A stretch of 64,000 nucleotides of DNA. Origin: Harriotta raleighana. Its lineage: Eukaryota. Positions 22,401 to 37,140 of this stretch are shown in pieces. Positions within the stretch are counted from its first letter, which is position 1. The number at the start of each line of letters is the position of its first letter. The notes below the pieces were generated by a model. The model was not told the DNA's origin. It did no database searches and worked only from the letters and a program-made list of their open reading frames with translations. Where the stretch lies: positions 4,026,801 to 4,090,800 of the forward strand of contig JBNZDD010013686.1 in the NCBI GenBank assembly GCA_050575255.1, written 5' to 3'. A program made the translations under genes and the position numbers.

Positions 22401-23489
22401 AAACTAAAGTTGTACTCGGCCATAGATTCTCTGTGAAAATAACACATTTAAACAAAAGTTTTTTTTTAAAATCTTTGAGATTTACAGATTACTGTAAATA
22501 GAATGTTAATACCTTACAAATTTCATATGGGATTGTTTTGCCTGTGAGTTCTCATCAAATATTTTATTAACGAAAGGAGCCATGCAAAGAAACTGCAGAT
22601 TTTTGTGCCAAATTGTTCTTAAATGTAATAGTTAATTATGGATAAATGCAGCTGTGTTTACAATTGTGATGGTACAAAACACATTTGGCACACAATAATA
22701 AAGTAAGGTAAGAAAGCAAAGAACAGGGTATATAATAAATGTCATCCTGAAGCTGTAATTTTCTATTTGGATTTTATTATTGTACATAAAATACATATTA
22801 TCATCAGGCTATAATTTATGCACCTTGCTTAAGATTGCATAAATATTGGCCCCGGAGGTAATGTTAAAATAGTTGTCTGCATAATGGAATGTTGAATGCA
22901 AAGACTGCAAAGCCTTTTAGATATATAATAGATTTATGTGTTTTTCTCACTATCACTGTTATTGTTTAACATCTGCCCTAGACTCCAATGCGTTTGTTAG
23001 TCGGGTTTAATTGTTAATTGATGCTGTCAGTAAGTCTTAACACAGCTTTGTTACGTCTGAAATTCATTAAGATCTAATCAGTAAGGGTCACAATACTGTA
23101 AATGGACAGGTCACCTATATAGCATTCAAGCAAATACACACACTTAGACATGCTTAATTTAATACAATGAATAATTACAGAAGCAACTACAAGAAAGATT
23201 CTGTCATACAGGGCAATTTCATTATACTCCCAGATATATCAACATATCTGCCATTAACAGGTGTATTGCAGTGATCCAACTGTGAAAATGCATGAGAATA
23301 GAAAATGTCATTCTGCTCATCAAGTCTGCCCCCTTCCATAGATAATCCCCCCTGAAAAACTATCCTTTAGCAAGTTTAACTTCCCAAGGGAAGGTTCTGT
23401 CAAAAATGCTTTTGAAATTCCAAGATAATCGAGAAAAAGTCTGCAATAGCTGTAGAATATCCTTGCAGTATTTCAACCCTGGTTCAAAG

Positions 23490-24260
23490 GGAGTCATTCA
23501 GAAGTCAGTTGAGAATAAGTTAGGCAACGCATTGGGAGAGGTAGAGAGAAGTAGAGTTATTGTAGATAACATTAGAAGGGATTCCAAGAAATGTTTTGGC
23601 TAAGTATGAAATAGATGGTGTTAAAGGTCACATAGATCTTCAAGGGATAATTTAAGTGGAAATATCAAAAGGAATAGGGAAACCTATTAAATGAATTTTC
23701 TACATTGATCTTCACAAATGAACATCGTGAGCAAATTCCAAATAGGAGTCAAATTGGCTCTGGGATATATAGTAACCAGAAGTCTGTGAAGCATGAAGAA
23801 ACTCATGAGCATTAAATGTCTAAATGTCACTTGCACCAGATGAGATAAACCTCAAAGAATTGCACCCGGGAATTCCACAATTCAGCTTCGTACCAAACAG
23901 TGGTTCATTTAACTAAAATTCTTTCACACACCAAAAATAAACCAAGGCACAAAGCAGACATTGGGTAGGCTAATTGTTTCTGATATGAGTGCTATGAAAA
24001 ATGTTCAGTTGGACAACACAGTGCAATCCAAAAGGGGAAAAAATTGCATGATTTAGAAACAATATGTCATGCCTCACAAATCTATGGGAAACATTTTGAG
24101 GAATTGTATATATTTACTGGACGAGCCTTATCGAGTTGATATATATACACTTGCAATTTCAGAAGGCGTTTGACAAGACAATGGAATTAATGACAAAGTA
24201 GCAAACTGGATTGAAAATTGGCTGGGCGATAAAAAGCACACAAAGGTAAATGCCTAATAG
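23490..24260 (+). mobile_element. Degenerate CR1 ORF2 (reverse transcriptase region)
   Basis: Motif remnants in CR1 order: LNEF..IFTNE, APDEI (PGPDGI-like), SCLTNL, FEE, FQKAFDK, GINDKVANWIENWLGDKK; many frameshifts and deletions. Confidence 0.85.
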
Positions 24261-26344
24261 TCTACTGGGGGATGGAAGGGATTGTGGGGGGTGGGGTTGG
24301 GGGAGGGGGGCGTGGTGTAAGAGAGAATAGCAGTAAAATTAAGATTGAATTTACAAATTTCCACATGATCTAAACGTTACGACAGTGAGCAGGCTGAAGG
24401 CTAAGGAATGAGAAATTTTAGACCTCAGAAGGCAGCCGAAGCCATGAAACTATTACATAACAAGGTATTGTCTTTGGGGTGGAAAGAATCTCAGATAATA
24501 GCAAAGATATTTTGTTGTGAAAGGGAGAAACACATAGCGATAATATACTTTTGCGGTTGCTGAATGGGTTGTAAACATATTCCTTCCAATTGCTAATTGC
24601 TCAAGAGCAGTCAGCAATTGAGAGCTGTAAGGCCTTTCTCACAGCAAAAATGTGATCAAATAAGGGAAATACAAATAAAATGGTTCACAACTGCAAATAT
24701 GTGTAAATCAGTGAGTGCAGAGTGATAGTACGTCAAACACGTTCAGATCGTTTCACGTTTGCTTCTTGCTTGGTTTGATTGAACTGTGGAAGTCCCAATG
24801 AGTTTGGATTTAAAAATGCACTGCAGTGCTTGTTTCGAGAGATTGATGAACAAAATGTGCATTGGTTACTCTCATATAGCCTTCATACTGCTGGAAGACT
24901 TCTTCATCACCGTTTAGCTCATAAAGGAAGTGGATCGTAGTGAATAAAATGGCTGGTCAGCATTTTTCTTTACATTTCAAATCCACCCTGAATTTTGATG
25001 AATTGCTATGTGGCCGTCTCTGAGTCTGCCATTTGGTGGAGAATAATCGCTTGTGCCTTTCCATTCCAGATTTAGTGATGTGGGCTCTAGTCCAAGAAAA
25101 CTAAGTGGCAGCCTGGTTGCCAGCAGATCAGTCACTCTCCGGTGCCTTCATGTAGATAGGGAAATATGTCATGTTACTGGAATTTAGGTGTGCAGATTTC
25201 TGAACATTTTTGATTTTCACATGATGTGCTCATGATTTCATCCGGTTTTCAAAATTGAGAAACGCGAGGAAGATGCCGTGGTTTGATTTCTAGTTTTATT
25301 CTCTAGTTCTGTACCTGTTGTATCTGGTATGGTATCAGTTGAAACCCTTTTTCCAATTCTCCGAATCCTTCCAATCAACATGCACCCAATCTTTGAACAT
25401 AAGACATTTTCCATTACGTTAACAGGTTTTCTCTGCCGTTTGTTGATGCAGTCAGCGCCCTCTGAGAATATTGTGTACAGGTTCCTAAGAGTTCCTAGAT
25501 GCATAAATCTAATAAACGATGGCAGTGAGCACTGTTTTCTGTGTTTTAATTGCAGAGAACACAAATGCATTCTTTGTGCTTTACCATGTGGAAATATGGA
25601 ATGAATACCTGTCTCTACGGTAACAGAGATGGGACACAGGCACCGGGGGACAGTTCAGTCAACCTGCCAACACTGACAGGTAAAATGGACTGATACTATA
25701 TGCTATACTGGATCTCCAGTAATTGGACTCCCTTTCAACATGAGGGCATTTGTAGTTTGTCTCTTTAAAAATGTCTCTTCCTTTTGTTTCTGCTGTGCTA
25801 GCCATGGAGAGTAGTCATTTGGCTACCTGCCATCACATGACAGCAGCAAACTAACATTGGAAAAAGACTGAACATAAATTGTTCAGCGATATGTGGAAAA
25901 TTACTGTGTGTATGAGTACTTCATGTTCTGCCTACAATGAATCTGAGGTGAAGTGGCCCAAGTTTCAGGTCAACTCAGATTGACTTAAAATGCTTACAAC
26001 AAGTCATTTTTATGCCTAGAGTTGGATTTAATAGCTCCTACAAGCCTTGGCTCTTGCCAACCTGAATTTAATACTCTCTGGAATTAGGTAAGCAATTATT
26101 GCCTCACAACACATAAGGCAATAGCTTGAAGGGGATAAAATAATAAATTTCATGGAACTGGACAACATAATAAATTTATGTTGATTTGAACAATTCCAGC
26201 AGTTTTCTAGATTTTAGTTGCTTTTAAAATAAATCGTTGGTCGCATAAAAGCCAATGAAACAAGATAACTACCGTAGCATGCTGCAAAGGTTTAAGGAAA
26301 CACGTCAAATAGCAGTTAGGTCCCTGCAAATCTATTCATTAAAA

Positions 26345-26652
26345 GATAATAATAAAATAATAATAATCCTTGCATTTGATATAGCGCTTTCACATCTTTT
26401 AGATGTCTCAAAATGCTTCACAGAATATACTGTAAAGTGAATTGACTATATATTTGTGGGTGAAATGTGGCAGCCAATTGTGCACAGCAGTGTCCCACAA
26501 ACAGTTGTGGATTGAAATGACCAATTTATTATAATATTTTCATAGGGATTATTATTAGGCATGTGGAATAAGGAAACTTGCCCTTTGGCGTGTGGAGTAA
26601 GGTTTCACCCTGACCTGCCTGGATTCGAACCCACTGAGCTAAAGGACTACAG
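26345..26652 (-). mobile_element. tRNA-SINE, near full length
   Basis: (aat)n ccttgcatttgatatagcgctttc...ggcagccaattgtgcacagcagtgtcccacaaacag...gcctggattcgaacccactgagcta (head internally deleted between the A and B boxes). Confidence 0.9.
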
Positions 26653-29600
26653 GCCAATTGCCCACCAGATCAACTAAGAAATCCGATTCTCCAATTCTTA
26701 TTGTTTGGTTTTCAACATCAACTGATAGCTTCTGAGGTATGTTTAATCAAATACCATGCACCCCTATGATTCAATGAACTCTTGCAAAAGCAGGGCTCAG
26801 CAGCTTGGCTAACACTGAGATGTCTGAACAGTGTCCTCCTCGACTTGTAATCTATCTTCTGATTCCATCATAACATTTGTGTTCTCTGGCTGGAATCAAC
26901 TCCCCTCTCATCTCTTTGCCACTTGTGGCATTACTTTGAAATCTTGCCAAAATAAGGCTCACTATCTCGCAGTTTAATGTACTCTTTTCAGTGGCATCCA
27001 CTTTATTAATGATAATTCAAATAAGGTGAATTGACATTTTCCTTCCATCTCTATTAACTTTATTAGGGGTACAAATGCTGAAAGCAACACTAATGTGGAT
27101 ACTATTCCCCATAGGTTCTTAGGTGTCATCATTCCATTCTTGCTGGTTCATACCTGGGGTTAAAATGAGCAATCACTGGAAATTCAGTATCTTTTAGTGA
27201 GGTTTGTTCATAGATTTAATCCAGTCATCAGAACAGATGCACAAAATATTTTCGAAAGGCATAGCTGACAATTGCTTGTCTTTTTCACTGTGACCAGTAA
27301 TAGACAATGTTCAGCAGTTAATGCAGGGTTATTTATTTTCTATATTACCAATGTTGATGCCACTTAGAAGACCATACCTACTTATTTTTTACACATGTAA
27401 GTGAGATGCAAAATCGGATTTAGCTTCAATTATAGACATGTGGACATACGGACAAAGTTACTGTGCTGGTCCATTCTGGCCTCACTGTAGCAAGGATTGC
27501 TTTCACCTAAAAAATTATAAACCACAAATACTAATATTTCAGCTGCTTCCCATGAGTATTGTAACACGTTATCTATCCCCATTCCATATTAGAAGTGGGC
27601 ATTGATGTATGAGCCTTCAGATTTTATTTATAAAGCAAACTGTTCCAGATAGGAACAGATCATTTATATGCTGACACATCAGACCTGGAAAATGACCCCT
27701 ACAAATCTGTAGGGTGCTTACTTTCACATTCTTATAAAATATTGCAGTATAGAATTTCTTGTGTACCTGAAAGATAAATCAGTCTTTTCGGTTTACAAAT
27801 CTTTTTTCATGGTCAAGCAATAACCTGAACGTTGATTGCTCTATCAATAGTCTTGTGTCTACTTCCCATTACTTAGGTAACAGAAGTTTTGGGTTGCAAT
27901 GCCACAGTTCAAGGCAAATGAATTTACAGCTGTTGCCACTTAGCAGAGATTTATCTATGAACCATGCTTATTAGTTGGATGTTAATTTAATTCTGTAATG
28001 ATCACATTTGTTTAATGCAGATAATCTGAAAAAAAAGACTGTTTAATTTCCACCAGCCAACCCAGTTAAAAGGCTTCTACAATATTTCTATTTTGCATTC
28101 AGTGGCAGTACAAATTATTGCTAGGTTGGCTCTGATGTGGGTCAGTTTGAATGGTTATCTCCTTTTATGGTTCCCTCGTAGGAATTCAATTTGAAATTGC
28201 CTGAAGTCAGCTCTCATTTGCGATCCTTTAATTCACCCTCGAGGTCAATAAGAGAAGGCTTTGTCCTCGCTTTCTCTGTGCTTGGTTTTTAGCTCCAATC
28301 TTTTGAGGTAACTAAGACCTTGGTAGCACTGCAACTTATTCAGACTTACTTACTTATTGACTTAATAGCAGTGCAGCTTAGAATACAATAAGAGATGTGT
28401 TACTTATCAGTGAGGGCGGTCAGATAACCATCCCAGGGGTGTTGCTGACATGAACATACAATACAGGAACTTTAAACCAGGGAATGCAGAAGATTTAGAT
28501 TTGTAATTTGGTCTCACACACATTTTATGGTAGTTTACTGGCAGTTTGTTAACTATTGAATCACAAACAAAAACAATATTCAGTGGCTTCCTCACTGATG
28601 CTGTTGTTAGAAAGTGTGACCAATTTAATATACACAGATGTCATCATTCCTGCTAATATATAACTCTCCATAGCTAATCTGATGTTTGTTTTTTTTTAAA
28701 ATCATTGTGTTTTTAAATTTGAAATGACCCAAAGGTTGCACTTCCTCCCTAAATAGTGCCTTTATTTGGTTAGAGTTTATCATTTGTTTTCAGATTTCAA
28801 TTCAATAGGAAGCAATTCAATAGGTAATGGCATTCTAGTCATTTGGTATAAAAGATTGGACAACATGAAGTGAAAACTACTTTCCATATCTCATTTCATG
28901 ATGCTGAATAGCTTTTTCTGATCAGAAAGACTGCTTGAAATATTGCCGTAATAAATTGCTGAAAATGTTTTCTATATTTCACTTTCGTGGGATGATTCTT
29001 CCAAGAACTATTAAAAAACAAATTCAAATGGTACATTAGTATAATCTAGATATTCTATACGCATGCGTACATTTAACTCTTTAGAGCCAAAAATAAAAAT
29101 AGCAATCTGTTCAGAAGCAATCGGTTACTTAGCTTTAACCTTTTTTGTGTATTATAGATATACATTATAATGTATTTAGAATCATAGGTACCAAAATTAG
29201 CAAGAATACTGTTGTGCTTTTGATCCTTGGGTGAGGATCTATACAATGATACTGGCACCTTGTATGAGTTATTTATGTATCCCATCAACTAATGGTAATT
29301 CTTTCAGTAATTCCTTTAACAGAGCACTAAATAATGTATTTCACTTATTTAGTTTATCTGACACAATTGGGCTTCTACTTGCTTCCGATTTCCAATTTTT
29401 TTCTGAGAAAATCAAATTTCTTCATAATTATAGGAGTCAGTAAGTATCACTAATAGTCACTGAACCAATATTTTGACATGTCTTGAAACAATGAATCGTG
29501 GTTTATGAGTCTGATCTGTAAAATTCACACTCTTAAATGCCTGAAAATCGCACAGCCGTGTGGTGTTGTAACGGCAGTTCTCGGCTGAACCAAATTTGTT

Positions 29601-30974
29601 TTAAAAGCACAGAGGGCACTGGTAATTTGAACATGTCAACACAGTTCTGACAAATCAGGTGTTTATTAGAAATATGTAAACCTTATAATGTGCAATCTGT
29701 AAACGGTTTGGCAAATCAGCAACACAGTTTTTTTTATATTGCTATTTAAGGTAGATAGTGACAGAATTTCTACCAGACCATAGACTTCAATCCAATCTAC
29801 TCTTGGTGGCCCTTGTTTTGCATTAGCATGTTGTTTGAAGGAAGAGGACATTGAATACAGTACCTTACAACTTAAATTAGTTCAATGAGTACTTTTATAT
29901 TATGGTAGCACAAATCAATATCTCAGTGTAACTCTTGTCCTGATGAAAGCACGTCTTCAAGAAACTCTTGCCAGTTGGACTCCAGCACATATGGCTTCAG
30001 AATTGTATGTTAATCCATGATTTCTAATTGTTCATTTGCAGCATTCAAGGTACCCTCAGCAAATGCAAGGATTATTATAAAGAAAGAGTACAGTGTTTAC
30101 ACCAATACTATAATGATTAGAACAAGGCAAAGTAAGTCTGATGGATGAAGTTTGGTTTTGAAAGTGCAGAGATCGAAGAGCAAAAATGTTTTGTAATTTG
30201 GTTGGGGGGGTGAGGGGTAGGGGTCAACTTTGGAGTTATTATGAAAGAATTCAAGATACATTAAGTAATACTTTTAATAGGCATTTAATACATCTGCTGT
30301 TGCTGGCAATACAATACAATACAATGAACACACATTTTGGAACCAGTTCAAAACACCTAACTCTAGCATCTTGACGGCAAAACACATCAGTCTCTAGTTT
30401 GAGAAAAAGTAAACTTTGCCAGGCAGCCAACAAAGGATGAGTGTATATTAATGGACACAGCACAGATGGAAATAATTGTTACTCTGTACCAAGGGAGAAT
30501 TCAGGTTTATAGTGGGACTTAAATGTGGTGGGCAGTAAAACCTATTGATAGGAAAAAAAAGGTTAGTAGATCAGAGAAAGCCAATATAAAAACTTTGGTA
30601 TGTAGACTCATTAATATTGTCAAACAATGTTACTTTATTGGAGAATAAAAATAGAAGGATGGATGAAGGATTATGCATAGGACTGGATGATCGGTGTTAG
30701 CTGAAATATTATGTGTGTGTGTGCTACCAATTGTGTTGAGCGGATAAACAAATCACAGATAAAACCATTTTAGAATCTTATTTTACTTGTTAAAAATTGC
30801 AATTAAAACTTGTGTCACCAAAAAAGTCTGGATTTAGCCATTCATTGTACAGTATACATACCCATTTCCTCAATGGATACATAGCTATAGCATACCAGGA
30901 TAATCACAAAATACTCAAATTGAAAATGTAATATTAAACTGTTTATCACAATGACATCTTTTGAGACCTGAGAC

Positions 30975-31350
30975 TATTTATAATAATGATCCTTGTTTTT
31001 GATATGGCACCATATCCGTCAAAATATCACAAAAGGCTTTATGGAATTCTCTATAAACTGTAGGTTAAGGTACCAGCCAATTTGAGCAAAGCAATTTTCC
31101 ATAAACAGCTATGAAGTGATTGACCATTTTGTTTCAGATAGGATACCAGGAAATACTTCTTTCTCTTTTCAAATTGTGCCCTAGAATATTTAATGTCCAC
31201 CTGAACAAACAGACAGGACCTTGCCTTAACTTCTCATCCCAACCTATGATAATGCAGAGAGCCACCGGTACTGAATTGGTGTGTTCGCCAAGACGATGAG
31301 CTCAAAGTCATGATATGAGGACTTGAACCCACAACTTTCTGAACTGAGCT
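30975..31350 (-). mobile_element. Deu-domain SINE, diverged
   Basis: taatgtccacctgaacaaacagacaggacc...ttctcatcc...ggacttgaacccacaactttctga; homologous to 13185-13555. Confidence 0.75.
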
Positions 31351-34235
31351 GGGAATTGATTTGCGACTGTCTCCAAAATGCCTGCAGAGGCATTCAATAA
31401 TGACCAAAAATTCAACGGATTTGCAACTTTCGGAGATTTTACTTTCAGCTTTTGTTTAAAAAGTAGCTGGACTATTGGAGCCTGTCATTTTAATTACATT
31501 TGTACATGTTTCTGTACAATCTTGAAATGCAAGGTTTTAAATGATCCTTTTGCAAATCATATTGGATCAAAACCAGACCGAGTAGATTTATACTCATTAT
31601 TAATATTCCTCTCTGATTTGATAATGAAAACAAATGAAGATGTATTGCTACAAAAGAACACAATTCATATTAGTATTTTGCTAATCGGACTACCCAGGCA
31701 TATTTATAAAGATATATGGATCGTGTGGCTCATTCAATAAATCTTCTTAAAAGATCCAATATCATATGTATCTTTCAGATGTCAGAAAAAATCTCTTTAA
31801 ATGTCAATACAATGCTTGACAAAAAACTCTGATTAATTTCCGAAATATTTTTTAATCAAGAAAACAATTTGTGGGGTGGGTGGGGGGGAGAGGGAATAGT
31901 ACTTCTTTCTACAGAAACTCTGCACACAAGGTTGCTATCTTTTGGTATGTTCATATAGCCAGAACACCCTAGAAATGATAAATATAAATAGATCTCCTCC
32001 TCTGTGACTTGTATTGATACACATAGCACACGCCCAATCCATGGTTTGCAGCATCAATTCATATTCATCATTCTGTTTAGCTAGTGAGACAGCTTGGGTC
32101 ATGAAACAAAGATGCCACATTGTTTGTTTCTCTCTAGCTACCTCCTCCGAGGATAAAGTGTCATCACATTTAGGTTTGATTGTACGTAGAGCATAAAAAG
32201 GTAATTGTTGATTAATCAATTCATGAAGAGAACAGCCTTTTATATTAACATCAAAGCTGTTCACACTTTTACATCAGGCACCATACATATTGGTTCAACT
32301 GCACAGTGCACTTCATAACTAGAGACTGAATGACGGGCAGTTATATAAATAAACAGCTAGAAATTAAACATGGTGACAAACCTGCATACAGGGGTGATTT
32401 ATGCAAATAACTATATTCAATTAACCGGGTTAGAAATACTTGGACATACAATTAAATGGCCAATTAAGTAGGAATGACTGTACTTTAAACAAATGCAATT
32501 GTCAGATAATTCATTTGGATGTTGTTAGTGAGTGCTGTGACATTTTATAATGAGAGCTGATCATACTTTTCATAAACCAGATGAGGTAGAGTTAGTAATT
32601 GAGCAGATTTTCCTTGGTGCCCTGCTGTTGCCACACAATTGATCTACTCCTAAAGAACTTGCTGGTCCAATTTTACACCCACTTAACACATAATGAAAAC
32701 CTGTAGTTAGAAATGGGTTAATGCTTTTAGTTTCTGGGCACTCACAAGACATATTGCTTCCAATCAGGATCAGTGCACACAGTGTGCTTTTAATGGTGTT
32801 TGTTTAATAGGAACAATTGGAGAAAGGGAATGTTTTGCTCACCATGGGAGTGTTCCTATTAAAGTGACTTGTAGCTAAGCATATTTTGACCAACTCGTAA
32901 CCTTGCGTTTTCGGTGGTTAGCCAGAAACTGTTTCTATATCATGCACTTCTGGTAACAAAAAACACATTTTGCATGTACTTACTTACCAGGATTATGTGA
33001 TCTTAATTCTGCTAAAGATACACGCTGGAAATATTGGGGGAGATAGTTTTGTTTTAGCAAGAACTAAAGACTACCTGCTTTCCATGAACTGTTGTGCTTT
33101 CATATCCAGGTGTTCTTACACTCATACTTGCCAGCATTTGTACATTTACACCAAACCAGCAAAACCAACCTGAATACATTGGCGCCTTGGGAAACCTGAA
33201 ATCAATTTCCACCTTCAGTCATTGCATTTATCTGAATAATGCTTCACGTTAAAACGAATAAGAGCATCGACACCATGAATCCAAGCATGTTATGTAATTA
33301 GCAGAATGGAACTGTTGACATTTGCACAGTTGAGTTCACACTGTATTTACTGTTAAGACAGTACTTCTAAAGCTCAAACGCTGTAGCAGTGTTGTATGAG
33401 GCAATGTATCTTACTTAACCCCGCAACTGTAGTTGTGCTTACATTTGCATAATTAACAATCCACAAAAACAGCTGCTGTTCCGAAAGTTTATGCCTCCGA
33501 AATGATTCTGCCTCAAAATTTCAGATCAATGTTTTTAAAAATGGTCTACGATGGGATCCTTTGCAAGACATCTTTCATCCTTTGTCATAGCTAGTATTTA
33601 CCATTGTCTGGTGGTACTTTCATGACCCTAATCTATCTCTACCATCCTCTTGTGCAATTCCTTTATGAAGACAAACAATTGATTTTAATATCTGTCCGTG
33701 AAGAATGGATCAGTTCAATTATGAATGATCGGGTCCTTTTAATCAAGTGCAGTTCAACACATGGAATGGTAGCTAATGTTTAGGGCAACCTTGCTGGGAA
33801 GGCTGCGAGTTATCAATACTGTGATTTAATGTTGTGAGCAGAGATATGTCAGCTGAAAGCAGACATCGCTCACTTAAGATTATTCTATGCTTCAAGTCAT
33901 TTTTTTGTCTAATAGTAGCAATATTTTATGTCATTTCTAAGAGTGCGGTCTTATTCTTTTTTTGTGAGTATTCACTACTTTCCCCTGCTACATAAGGCTT
34001 TATGTGTCTGACAAATCAACTGCATGTTCTCAGATTTAGGCAAAACTGTAATGTCGATTAGTGCGATGTTTGAACTGGGAGGAATCAATTAAATGAAATT
34101 TGATTAAAAAGCCATGTTTATCTATTTTTTTAAAAAAGGACAGGGATGTGGAGTGCTACAGGAACATGAAGTGGAAGATATAAGCTTTCCTTCTTTTTCA
34201 CACCTTCCTTCTTCTCTAACCACACTTCCCCTGCA

Positions 34236-34440
34236 TAATAATAATAATAATAATAATCCTTGCATTTGATGTAGCGTTTTCAAGTCTTCTAGATGTCTCA
34301 AAGCGCTTCACAGAAAACACTGTAAAGTGAATTGATTGTATATTTGTGGGCGAAACTCAGCAGCCAATTGCGCACAGCAGCATCCCACAAACAGTCGTGG
34401 GTTGAGATGACCAATTTATTCTAGGTTTTTTGGGGATGGA
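34236..34440 (-). mobile_element. tRNA-SINE 3' half (repeated at ~35409-35613 by the duplication)
   Basis: (aat)n ccttgcatttgatgtagcgttttc...cagccaattgcgcacagcagcatcccacaaacagtcgtggg. Confidence 0.9.
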
Positions 34441-34614
34441 TTAAGGGACATAGTAAATGAAAACTAGGAATATCCTCAAAGTAGAGTAGAATTAATCTTT
34501 TCATCTTTTTCACAACAGTAAAGAGTTAGCTTAAGAGCATCATTGATGGTCTGTGAGCTGATGCACTGGTTAGAAGGACAAAAAGTAGATTTACAACCTA
34601 GGATAATGTATTAT

Positions 34615-34705
34615 TATATAGAATGATATGGCAAGGAAACAGACCATTCAACCCATCCAGTCCGTGTTAGTGTTTATATTCCACTCAGGTCTCTACATCT
34701 CCTAT
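34615..34705 (-). mobile_element. CR1-type 3' end fragment (repeated at ~35788-35878)
   Basis: ggaaacagaccattcaacccatccagtccgtgttagtgtttatattccac; similar to 13020 and 37520. Confidence 0.55.
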
Positions 34706-36949
34706 TTCTGTGGATAAATACAGCAATCTATCTGCACTCAGCAATATTCTGCTAACAGCCATTAGATGAATGAAAGTGTTGAGAACTGCCAGTAAATGCA
34801 AGTACTGGCATTGTAATTATTTGAACCTCATGAACAGAAGATAGCAAATAAATTATATTCTGCTCGCTGGAATCAAAGTGAGTCAAAATCACTCTCTCTG
34901 GCCATCAAAGGCTAGCGAGGAATGGTGAAGCAGAAATGAATGCTAGGAAATTCGGCATCAAATTGTTTTTAAAAATGTTTCTGCTTTGGGCCCACTCTGG
35001 CTATGTCCAAATTTTGGATACTCAGAATACTGTAAGACAGGGATTTATTGTACTATGGTATATATCATCACCAATAGATAATGTACACTCAGCCCCAAAG
35101 TAAATTATACAGTACTGGGCCATTCTTGTTGTCACCACAAGGAGCTAAGTAGTTGTGTAAAAAGGCAGCACCATGCAGACTTCATGCCGTCCGTTGTGCA
35201 AAAAAAANTTAGGCAAAACTGTAATGTCGATTAGTGCGATGTTTGAACTGGGAGGAATCAATTAAATGAAATTTGATTAAAAAGCCATGTTTATCTATTT
35301 TTTTAAAAAAGGACAGGGATGTGGAGTGCTACAGGAACATGAAGTGGAAGATATAAGCTTTCCTTCTTTTTCACACCTTCCTTCTTCTCTAACCACACTT
35401 CCCCTGCATAATAATAATAATAATAATAATCCTTGCATTTGATGTAGCGTTTTCAAGTCTTCTAGATGTCTCAAAGCGCTTCACAGAAAACACTGTAAAG
35501 TGAATTGATTGTATATTTGTGGGCGAAACTCAGCAGCCAATTGCGCACAGCAGCATCCCACAAACAGTCGTGGGTTGAGATGACCAATTTATTCTAGGTT
35601 TTTTGGGGATGGATTAAGGGACATAGTAAATGAAAACTAGGAATATCCTCAAAGTAGAGTAGAATTAATCTTTTCATCTTTTTCACAACAGTAAAGAGTT
35701 AGCTTAAGAGCATCATTGATGGTCTGTGAGCTGATGCACTGGTTAGAAGGACAAAAAGTAGATTTACAACCTAGGATAATGTATTATTATATAGAATGAT
35801 ATGGCAAGGAAACAGACCATTCAACCCATCCAGTCCGTGTTAGTGTTTATATTCCACTCAGGTCTCTACATCTCCTATTTCTGTGGATAAATACAGCAAT
35901 CTATCTGCACTCAGCAATATTCTGCTAACAGCCATTAGATGAATGAAAGTGTTGAGAACTGCCAGTAAATGCAAGTACTGGCATTGTAATTATTTGAACC
36001 TCATGAACAGAAGATAGCAAATAAATTATATTCTGCTCGCTGGAATCAAAGTGAGTCAAAATCACTCTCTCTGGCCATCAAAGGCTAGCGAGGAATGGTG
36101 AAGCAGAAATGAATGCTAGGAAATTCGGCATCAAATTGTTTTTAAAAATGTTTCTGCTTTGGGCCCACTCTGGCTATGTCCAAATTTTGGATACTCAGAA
36201 TACTGTAAGACAGGGATTTATTGTACTATGGTATATATCATCACCAATAGATAATGTACACTCAGCCCCAAAGTAAATTATACAGTACTGGGCCATTCTT
36301 GTTGTCACCACAAGGAGCTAAGTAGTTGTGTAAAAAGGCAGCACCATGCAGACTTCATGCCGTCCGTTGTGCAAAAAAAAAATCTATTTGTTTAAAACCT
36401 TTTATTCCTCAACACAAAATAGCACTGTTCTTCAGGGGGCTCCCCTGAGACTTTCCTCACATAAAGGGAAACTTGGCAGCAATGTTGTTTTTCGAATTTC
36501 TTGCCACATCTTCTCAAACCGTTTCCAAGCGTTTTAAGGGACCAATTGCAGGGCCTGAGGGGTGGTGGGTGGAGGTGGAGATGCTGATGTTAGGGTTACA
36601 GCTGCATCCTTAATCTTAATCTTAAAATTTCCCCCACCCAGCAAACTGCTTTAAAATTATATTTTGAAAATTACACTGCAGGGGAATGCTAACACTAGGC
36701 TGAATTATAAAGCTTGTGACTGATAAATGGCTCTGCTAGCGATAAATCTTTTAAAATCAGACCTTTAAGCCCTGCCTACTACAAAGTTATGCTTGAAGTT
36801 TATTGTTTAACTGATTTATTAAAATAATTTTCTCAAGCATGCCATGTGTAAAGCTGACCGAAAATCTCTCTGACTTTTATCGCATGTGAAAACATCTGTT
36901 TCAGACTTGAGGGACGGATTCAATAATATCTCATACCTGGGGCCACTCA

Positions 36950-37140
36950 CTGTACTTTTGTGCCTCTCTATTGTTTGTAATCAAACTCCTCCAGTTTCCT
37001 CCTCCAAACCTTGTATGAGAAACCACATCTATTATTCCCAGTCGATACATGAGGCGTAGCTTTGTCCTGGATGTAAATCTTGGGATGTCCTTCCAAAATG
37101 AAAGGTGCGCTATAAATGTAATTTTATTATTGTTGTTGGT
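36950..37140 (+). mobile_element. L2 3' remnant
   Basis: Ends cttgggatgtccttccaaaatgaaaggtgcgctataaatgtaattttattattgttgtt. Confidence 0.65.

Larger units (their letters stand above)
34036..36380. repeat. ~1.17-kb near-identical duplication flanking N at 35208 (probable assembly artefact)
   Basis: 34036-35207 is repeated at 35209-36380; the junction falls in an A-run at the N. Confidence 0.9.

Noticed and set aside
34705-34725. LF-SINE-like ttctgtggataaata match
   Set aside because: Only ~15 nt of similarity, with no flanking homology I could see.
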